A stretch of DNA of 64,000 nt. Source: Escherichia phage vB_EcoP_DE5. The notes under the pieces are model-generated. The model saw nothing but the letters and a program-made list of their open reading frames with translations. It was not told the DNA's origin and searched no databases. This document shows positions 57,305-64,000 of this stretch, piece after piece (position 1 is the first letter of the stretch; each line of letters opens with the position of its first letter). The stretch is taken from the sequence record MW741821.1. The stretch is one strand, 5' to 3'. Made by a program: the position numbers and the translations under genes.

Positions 57305-58273
57305 ATGGGTGCAGGTGGTTTTCGTAAGAACACTGGTCGCAACAACACCACACTCCCGTACAACGTTGGGTTTCTCAATAATGTACAGGACACAGAAACA
57401 TATAACGTAGCAGTGTATGATGAATTACAAAAAGTTAGCACAGCTACTAACCAAATGTTCCAAGCTATAGATGAAATTCACGAAGAGATTGATGTTCGTA
57501 TTAAAGCTCTTAATGCAATGAATCTTCAATTTGATGAGCTTGAGAATAGAATTACTACAGAGATAGAAACAGCTATTGCAGATATCCAAACCCAGATGGG
57601 GAACCTGTCCACTGAGGACATTTGGGATAATTCTGTTCAACCCCCTGTGAAGCTAGAAAGCACTGTATCTGGTTTTAAGACCAGCATCGAAGGTAACACA
57701 ACTAAAATTCAGACAGTAGAAGGTATTGTTAACGATCAAGGTCAAGAGATTGCTCTTGTTCAGACAGAACTGCAAAATATCAACGGAAGCCTTTCTCAGT
57801 ATATGAAACTCTCTGAGTATGAAGCTACGTGGGGTGTTAACTCTACAGTCAACGGAAGATATGCTGGGGTCAAGTTAACTAACAACGGAACAAACAGTCA
57901 ATTCCAAGTAACAGCTAACAAATTTATTGTTGGTGATGGCAGCTCTGGGAATACCCCCTTCGTATTTGAGGGTGGGCGAGCTAGGATGGAATTCGCTGAC
58001 ATAAAGAACGTCAACATCACAACTGCTCAGATTGCCAACGCTAGGATCCAATGGGCACAGATTGATAACGTATCTATCTCCAATGCTCAGATTCAGAACT
58101 TATCAGCGGATAAAATCACTGCTGGTTCTATGTGGGGTTCTAACTGGAGACTTACTGTTGGTGGTGATTTTGTTATGGGTGGTACAGGTGGTTCTCAGTT
58201 GTGGATGAATGGTAATAGAATAGATTTTTATGATGGGAGTGGAACTCTTCGCATAAGAATAGGGAGTTGGTAA
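57305..58273 (+). CDS. tail fibre-like protein
   Basis: Track ORF trimmed to MGAGGF Met with GGAGGAA SD; ITTAQIANARIQWAQIDNVSISNAQIQNLSADKITAG repeats. Confidence 0.5.
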   Translation: MGAGGFRKNTGRNNTTLPYNVGFLNNVQDTETYNVAVYDELQKVSTATNQMFQAIDEIHEEIDVRIKALNAMNLQFDELENRITTEIETAIADIQTQMGNLSTEDIWDNSVQPPVKLESTVSGFKTSIEGNTTKIQTVEGIVNDQGQEIALVQTELQNINGSLSQYMKLSEYEATWGVNSTVNGRYAGVKLTNNGTNSQFQVTANKFIVGDGSSGNTPFVFEGGRARMEFADIKNVNITTAQIANARIQWAQIDNVSISNAQIQNLSADKITAGSMWGSNWRLTVGGDFVMGGTGGSQLWMNGNRIDFYDGSGTLRIRIGSW

Positions 58274-58274
58274 C

Positions 58275-59309
58275 ATGGCATATGGAATATGGACACGCCC
58301 GGTTGGTCCGGGTCCAGCGGCACCTGCTGATATTTACATCGATAGTGGTAGCACATTCCCTCAACTCAGAAATAGAGTCAGTGGGAATTTCTCTTTTAGT
58401 GGAAATACCTGTGACTTGCCTATAAGTGGTTGGGATGGTAGTGGTCAGATAGTTGTAGTTCCAACAGGGTCTGTTGTTTGGGAGAGATACATACCTCCTA
58501 ACGTAACGTCTGATGTGTATTGGATAACGGATATATCTGTTATTAATAACTCAACCTTCAGAGTTACTATGGACTATAATGTAAACGGTTGGGTATTTGA
58601 TATGGCTTTTAATGTGTATCAAATATGGCCTAGAGCTAACAGGAATTATGGAATCACATTCTCCAACTCTGCTGACTATTTCTCAATATCTGATTCTGGG
58701 GTTGTTGGTCAATGTATTTGGGCTTGGGAGGGTGACATAAATGGTTCTCTTCAAATACCAGATATTGGTGGTTTTGATATGAGCCGAGCAACTGTCTACG
58801 CGAATTGGAGTAACGGTGGAGCAGGGCTGCTATACAATCCATCCAATAGGGTTGTTTATGTGTACCAGAACAGGTCTCATGATAATGGTAACACAAACCA
58901 AACAGGATACATTGGTGGTGTTAGAATTGCCGTCTTCTGTGATGGTTCTGGAGTACCAACCCACAATGGTGGTTTAAATATCTTCTCTCCAAATGGGTCT
59001 CAGTGTGTATTTTCTACATATAGAACCCCTTTTAGTGTTGAGGGATTTATGCCTATGAGTGGCGGTAACACATCTCTGGCCTATCCAATGATACCACTAT
59101 CTTACGGAGCAGGAGCAATAAGAGGCAAGGCTAGTGGTTGGTATTTTCAACACACAAGATCTCACATGATGAATGGCTCTTCTTTCGGTACAGGTTTCGG
59201 AAGGATGATTTACTCTTGGAGTAGTCAATATGATTTAGGAGGGGGTGGTGCCCTCGGGTTAAGTATTCCAATATTAGATGCTAGAAAGATATTCAGGAGT
59301 ATACAATAA
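58275..59309 (+). CDS. virion structural protein
   Basis: 344 aa in structural operon. Confidence 0.45.
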   Translation: MAYGIWTRPVGPGPAAPADIYIDSGSTFPQLRNRVSGNFSFSGNTCDLPISGWDGSGQIVVVPTGSVVWERYIPPNVTSDVYWITDISVINNSTFRVTMDYNVNGWVFDMAFNVYQIWPRANRNYGITFSNSADYFSISDSGVVGQCIWAWEGDINGSLQIPDIGGFDMSRATVYANWSNGGAGLLYNPSNRVVYVYQNRSHDNGNTNQTGYIGGVRIAVFCDGSGVPTHNGGLNIFSPNGSQCVFSTYRTPFSVEGFMPMSGGNTSLAYPMIPLSYGAGAIRGKASGWYFQHTRSHMMNGSSFGTGFGRMIYSWSSQYDLGGGGALGLSIPILDARKIFRSIQ

Positions 59310-59318
59310 GGAGATATT

Positions 59319-60101
59319 ATGGCAATCAGAATGGGTATCGAAGAACTAGACCCAATGGTACAGCAAGCTTCAAAGAAGTATGGGATTCCTGCTGCTTTGA
59401 TTCATGCTGTCATCCAAAGAGAGTCCAGTGGTCGTCCTACAGTGGCCTCTGGAACTGGTCCTGTAGGTTTAATGCAGATCAGTAAAGGGTTGGCTAAAGA
59501 TTACGGTTACAAACTAGAAGATAGACTTGACCCAGCAAAGAATATTGATATGGGCGCTCGTTACATAAGAGATAACTTAAAAGCTTTTAATGGTGATGTT
59601 AAGAAAGCAATGGTTGGTTATTCAGAAGGTATCGGTGGAGCTAAGCAAATGTTCGCTGGTAAAAAGGGGTTTACTCCACAAGCTCTTGACTCCATGAACA
59701 ATAAACACTTTCTTCCTTTCTATGGTGATGCAGCTTCTCAGATTGCTAACCCTGTTGGAGCTTTGCAAGCTGTTCAACCAGTCAATCAGTTTAGTCCTGA
59801 CTTGTTAGATAGAGAGAAGGCCGCACAAGCTCCAACTCAGGCAGAGATTGCTGCTTCTAAGACAGGTGCTTTAGGTGGAAATCCAGTAGAGTTTTACTCT
59901 GATGAAGTGCAGGAAGGCGAAAATCAGAAACCTCAACAGAACTTTGGTAATGCAGTATTAGGGGTAGCTGCTATGCTTGCTGGTAAACCTCCCACTTCTC
60001 AAACAGTTCAGAGGGCAAGTGCACCACATGCAGCAGGTTCTCAGTACAGTCCACAAACACAAGCAGTGCTCAGACGTCTGGCTAGCATTGGTGTAAAGTA
60101 A
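59319..60101 (+). CDS. lytic transglycosylase (SLT domain), probably virion-associated
   Basis: 260 aa; IQRESSGRP (catalytic E-S), GLMQI motifs. Confidence 0.7.
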   Translation: MAIRMGIEELDPMVQQASKKYGIPAALIHAVIQRESSGRPTVASGTGPVGLMQISKGLAKDYGYKLEDRLDPAKNIDMGARYIRDNLKAFNGDVKKAMVGYSEGIGGAKQMFAGKKGFTPQALDSMNNKHFLPFYGDAASQIANPVGALQAVQPVNQFSPDLLDREKAAQAPTQAEIAASKTGALGGNPVEFYSDEVQEGENQKPQQNFGNAVLGVAAMLAGKPPTSQTVQRASAPHAAGSQYSPQTQAVLRRLASIGVK

Positions 60102-60120
60102 TAATCTTTAAGGAGGACTT

Positions 60121-61173
60121 ATGTCTTTATTTGGAAAATCAGCTTCTAGCAAAACCACAGTGGCCCCTTCCTCTCAGGTTGATGCCCTGCTGAAGCAGAT
60201 TGTTGCTAATGCTCAGAATATGCAGAACAACGATCCGGGATTCATCTCCCAACAACTGGCTGGGTTTAATGGCAACCAACAGGGTGCTCTGAACAACTTA
60301 GCAGCTTCTACTACTCAGAAGCAATTGGCTGATATGTACACGCCTCGTACACAGCAAGGGTTGGACCAATTAAACTCTCTTGCACAGCAGTATCAGAATA
60401 TTGTCAATGGTGGTGGTCTAACTGCTGATGGTGTTAATAACTTTAGTAAAGGATTGAATAACTCAGCTCTTGCTCAAGCGACTAGTAAGGCAGCTTCCAA
60501 TGTATCCCTCGGAAATGGTTCTGATTCAGGCTCTCTCCGTAGAGCTGCTGCTCAAGGTGCTGCTCTGAACAGTGCTAATACAAACTTAGCTCGTACTATC
60601 AGTGGCAAGAATATGGGAATCAGTGCTCTTCAACAAGACCAAAACTTCCAGAGGGGCTTACTTGGTGCTCAGTCAGGATTGGCTGGACAGAATCTCAATC
60701 TTGGTGCTCAAGGTGTTCAGGCAACTCAACAAGCTATCCAGAATCAACTCATGGCTGGTAATCTACAACAGCAACAAGCCCAAGCTCAAGCTGATATTAA
60801 TTGGCAGAACGCTATTGGCTCTCAACAGTATGGGTGGAATCAGCTTAACAACCAACTTAATGTATTAAATAGTGTAAGCCCAATGGCTGGGTACACGATT
60901 AAGAATGCTGCTCCGGGGGTTAATACTGGACAACAGCTCCTAGGTGCTGGTATCACTGGATTAGGTATTGCAGGTCGTATGGGTGCTTTCTCTCCTAATC
61001 AACAGACTCAGAATGCTTGGAGTTCCTATAACAACTCAGGTGGGCAATCTGGAATGGCTGGTCCTATGATTGGTGGTTCTAATCTTTCTCAACAGAAAGG
61101 TCAGTCTAACTGGTTATCCACAGCAGGTAGTAATATCTTAGGTGGTGTCTTAGGGGCATTTGGAGCAAACTAA
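60121..61173 (+). CDS. Gln/Asn/Gly-rich internal virion protein (paralog of 61186-62154)
   Basis: 350 aa; shared N-terminal F.GNQ..ALNNLA.S and Gly-rich hydrophobic C-terminus. Confidence 0.5.
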   Translation: MSLFGKSASSKTTVAPSSQVDALLKQIVANAQNMQNNDPGFISQQLAGFNGNQQGALNNLAASTTQKQLADMYTPRTQQGLDQLNSLAQQYQNIVNGGGLTADGVNNFSKGLNNSALAQATSKAASNVSLGNGSDSGSLRRAAAQGAALNSANTNLARTISGKNMGISALQQDQNFQRGLLGAQSGLAGQNLNLGAQGVQATQQAIQNQLMAGNLQQQQAQAQADINWQNAIGSQQYGWNQLNNQLNVLNSVSPMAGYTIKNAAPGVNTGQQLLGAGITGLGIAGRMGAFSPNQQTQNAWSSYNNSGGQSGMAGPMIGGSNLSQQKGQSNWLSTAGSNILGGVLGAFGAN

Positions 61174-61185
61174 AGGAGATTTGAT

Positions 61186-62154
61186 ATGGGACTTTTCGGA
61201 GGCGGGGGTAGTAAAACTACTTCCCAAATGATTCGCCCTGAATACATTCAACAGTATATTGACCAGCTTAACCAACAGATTGGTAATACTAGTTCAGGGG
61301 ATTATGTTTATCGTGACAATGTAGGGTTTAATAACAATCAGACAGAGGCACTTAACAACCTAGCACAATCTGGCGCTCTAGGTACTCTCTCACAGCAGTA
61401 TATGGATGCAGCAGGTCAAGGCTTGGGTTATCTAGATAATGCCTATAAAGGTTATCAGAGCCTCTCTGGACAAGGTGGGATTACTGGAGAGCAGATTGGT
61501 GCTCTCGCTGGTCAACTGTATGATGATGACGCTGTGCAAGCAGCCATTACAGCTAATAATGAACAGGTTCAACAGAACTTGGCACGTAATGCTCTTCCTC
61601 AGTTAGCTCAACAGTTTGCTGGTCAACAAGGTTCAGGTGCTCGTATGGCTAAGTCTTTTGCCCAAGGTGATGCTCTGAATCAGATGCAAGGCCAAGCAAC
61701 AGATATTACCAATAGTGCCTATAACTCGGCTATTAGCCAAGCTGAAAGCATCCTCTCTGGTAATAGACAGAATCAGGCAGCTGCTCTCTCTGGTCTTTCT
61801 AATATTGGTTCTAACCTTTCTAACCTAGGTCAGCAGGGTGCTAATTTGTCTCAACAGCAAATAATGAATCAATGGAATGCAGGGTTGCAGCAACAACAGC
61901 AACAACAGAATGAATATGATAATGCCTACCAGAATGCTCAGAACGCAGCTAATTGGGGATGGCAAGATATCAATAACCAACTCGGTGCAGCAGGTGTACT
62001 TAACGGTGCTCTCGGACAAACTACAACTACTAAAACATCTGGTGGCAAAGGTGGTTTCCTTGGTGGAGCTATGAGTGGTGCAGCAGCTGGCTCTTCCTTT
62101 GGACCTTGGGGTGCATTAGCTGGGGGTGTAATCGGTGGGTTGGCTAGTACTTAA
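61186..62154 (+). CDS. Gln/Asn/Gly-rich internal virion protein (paralog of 60121-61173)
   Basis: 322 aa; same architecture. Confidence 0.5.
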   Translation: MGLFGGGGSKTTSQMIRPEYIQQYIDQLNQQIGNTSSGDYVYRDNVGFNNNQTEALNNLAQSGALGTLSQQYMDAAGQGLGYLDNAYKGYQSLSGQGGITGEQIGALAGQLYDDDAVQAAITANNEQVQQNLARNALPQLAQQFAGQQGSGARMAKSFAQGDALNQMQGQATDITNSAYNSAISQAESILSGNRQNQAAALSGLSNIGSNLSNLGQQGANLSQQQIMNQWNAGLQQQQQQQNEYDNAYQNAQNAANWGWQDINNQLGAAGVLNGALGQTTTTKTSGGKGGFLGGAMSGAAAGSSFGPWGALAGGVIGGLAST

Positions 62155-62167
62155 TTAGGAGATAAAT

Positions 62168-63823
62168 ATGCAACAGACAACTTACGCTCAGGTCAGAAGT
62201 CGTGACCCGAGAAATACTTTCTATGGTGTTAATCCGGGAGCGGCTTCGGCCTCTCCTTATATGGCTAGACCAACTCAGACAGCAGATATTTCTATGTATC
62301 AACGTCCTGCTGTACCTTCATCTCTTGCGGGTCTTGTCTCTCAGGCAGAAGAAGATCAGAATGCTATGGTTAATCCGGGATTCCAGCAACGTCTTATGGA
62401 ACAGCAGAATCAAGGGACTCCTACCAGTCTTCAGGGTATTGATATTGGAGCACCGGCCCCTGTAGCGTCTAACCCTAACCTATCCACTGATCAAGGTTTA
62501 CAGGATGCTGGGCTTATGCCTAGTGACCCTCTTCCGGTAACACCTCCTACTAAACCGTTAGAAGCTGGTCCTATGGAGTTTACTCCTTCTCAGGTGGAAC
62601 AGGCACAAGGTGTGATTAATACTCTTGCTCAAGGACAAGATACTGGTGATGGAATGGCTGCTGCTACTCGTGCTAAAGATCAGGAACGTGTTAACAATGA
62701 TATCTTGCAAGTTGCTAAAGCTAAAGACCCTTCAGAAGCTTGGAACAAATTACAGAAAGAACCGTTCTATCAGAACTCTAGTTTCTACACAGGTTTGATG
62801 GGTGTAGGTCTTTCCATTATGTCAGGTAAGTCTCCTATTGAAGCTTTCCAGATTGGTCAGGGAATGGCTAATCAAGATGAGACTAAGAAGCAACTGGAAG
62901 CTAACCGTGATGCTCTGATTGAACAAGGCTTCTCTCAAGACTCGATTGCAGCTGCTATTGCTAACGGAGACCCATCTCTACTGAAGATGAGAGCTGTAGA
63001 CCCTGCTCAGAAAGAAGCGTTGTATGCTGCTCGTGAAGAACGACAAAATGCTGAATGGGATAGACGTCAACAGATTCAAGAGCAAACTATGCGTGAGCGT
63101 GCTGATGAAACTCGTCGTGCCGCTGAAGAAAGAGCTAACATGAACTTTGAACGTCAGAAAGAGTTGATTGGTTATCGTGATAAGGTTAAGGCTGAACGTG
63201 CTGAACAAGCTGCTCAGAGTTTTAACTTTAACCCGAAAGAAGTTCGTCTTGCTCAGAATACAGCTGAAGGTACGGTTGCTAAGCAGTGGGCAGAGAAAGG
63301 TGGCCTGTTTAACCAGTCTAACAAAGACTTGGATTTGGCTGATAAGGCTGTTAAGGATAAAGACTATCAGACAGCTCGTTCTGCTTACATGCAGGCTATC
63401 ATGAACTCCGCAAGGGCTGAAATCGGTGCTACTCGTTCTCTTACCGAAGAAGACTTGGGGCACTTTGCAGAAGACCCATCAATCTTCATTCGTGTTGGCA
63501 ACAAGTTTGCACTGAAATCTGGATGGCGTCCTACTGATTCTGCTCTTGCTTATGCTCGTAAGCAAGCTAACGTTGGTCACACCTCTGCAATGAAAGGTGT
63601 TGCTGATGCTAAGAGAGCTACGATTGAAGCTTACATCGGTTCTGGTATGGATAAGAAGAGAGCTACTGCATTGGTTAACCGTGCAATCCCTTCTGGTGGT
63701 TTCTATGACCCTCTAGGTGTTTTCTCTGAACAAGCAGAAGAAGCAGTTGGTGGTGCAGCAACCAATCCTAAGCTCAATGGTGCTTTATCAGCTGTCGAAG
63801 ACACTAGCTGGTTTACTCAATAA
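62168..63823 (+). CDS. virion protein (function unassigned)
   Basis: 551 aa in structural operon. Confidence 0.5.
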   Translation: MQQTTYAQVRSRDPRNTFYGVNPGAASASPYMARPTQTADISMYQRPAVPSSLAGLVSQAEEDQNAMVNPGFQQRLMEQQNQGTPTSLQGIDIGAPAPVASNPNLSTDQGLQDAGLMPSDPLPVTPPTKPLEAGPMEFTPSQVEQAQGVINTLAQGQDTGDGMAAATRAKDQERVNNDILQVAKAKDPSEAWNKLQKEPFYQNSSFYTGLMGVGLSIMSGKSPIEAFQIGQGMANQDETKKQLEANRDALIEQGFSQDSIAAAIANGDPSLLKMRAVDPAQKEALYAAREERQNAEWDRRQQIQEQTMRERADETRRAAEERANMNFERQKELIGYRDKVKAERAEQAAQSFNFNPKEVRLAQNTAEGTVAKQWAEKGGLFNQSNKDLDLADKAVKDKDYQTARSAYMQAIMNSARAEIGATRSLTEEDLGHFAEDPSIFIRVGNKFALKSGWRPTDSALAYARKQANVGHTSAMKGVADAKRATIEAYIGSGMDKKRATALVNRAIPSGGFYDPLGVFSEQAEEAVGGAATNPKLNGALSAVEDTSWFTQ

Positions 63824-63830
63824 GACCTAA

Positions 63831-63875
63831 GTCCTGCCTTCTATAATGTATATAGGGGGTAGGACATTTTTATTT
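63831..63875 (+). terminator. terminator-like long-loop hairpin with U-tract
   Basis: Stem GUCCUGCC/GGUAGGAC with a 19-nt loop that contains TAATGTATA, followed by AUUUUUAUUU. Confidence 0.35.
63844..63852 (+). promoter_or_regulatory. putative phage-specific promoter element TAATGTATA
   Basis: Exact 9-mer about 39 nt upstream of ATG at 63891. Confidence 0.45.
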
Positions 63876-63890
63876 ATAAAAGGAGACGTT

Positions 63891-64000
63891 ATGGCTAACA
63901 TTAAACCGTGGGAAGAAGCTTCCAAAGCTCCTGCGTATCTGAATGCCTCTCCGGAGCAACAAGCTCAAATGAGAGAACAATATAAGGCAGCAGGTGGCTC
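63891..64000 (+). CDS. hypothetical protein, partial (N-terminal part; continues beyond window end)
   Basis: ATG with AAGGAG SD; MANIKPWEEASKAPAYLNASPEQQAQMREQYKAAGG... Confidence 0.4.
   Translation, partial: MANIKPWEEASKAPAYLNASPEQQAQMREQYKAAGG

Noticed and set aside
1-64000. CRISPR array, integrase/recombinase, transposase or other signs of a prophage or mobile element
   Set aside because: No regularly spaced direct repeats and no ORF with recombinase or transposase motifs; gene content and organisation are those of a lytic phage.
1-64000. Single-subunit phage RNA polymerase (T7-like) or N4-like giant virion RNA polymerase
   Set aside because: No ORF of suitable size or motif content; the T7-like primase-helicase alone does not make this a T7-type phage.

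Overview
This window reads as most of a lytic, tailed double-stranded DNA phage genome with no integrase or lysogeny genes seen. It has two divergent arms. Positions 1-33933 are transcribed on the minus strand and carry replication and nucleotide-metabolism genes: a family A DNA polymerase with its 3'-5' exonuclease encoded separately, a T7 gp4-like primase-helicase, PhoH, ThyX, dCTP deaminase, thioredoxin, a Dps-like protein and a CCA-type nucleotidyltransferase. The same arm holds an amidoligase cluster (gamma-glutamyl cyclotransferase, ATP-grasp, class-II glutamine amidotransferase, two GCS2-like ligases), many small paralogous proteins, and one tRNA-Arg(TCT). Positions 37954-64000 are transcribed on the plus strand and carry the terminase, portal, scaffold, major capsid, tail fibres, a holin-like protein with a GH24 lysozyme, and internal virion proteins. 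Between the arms lie a 1.7 kb ORF-free repeat-bearing region (33.95-35.7 kb) and a four-gene minus-strand cassette (35.7-37.2 kb). No phage RNA polymerase is present. The gene content and a recurring TAATGTATA-like motif upstream of several genes are, from memory and unverified, reminiscent of phiEco32-type podophages. The strongest candidate for a poorly understood system is the amidoligase cluster at about 13.6-21 kb. All assignments come from reading motifs in the supplied translations; no database search was run.
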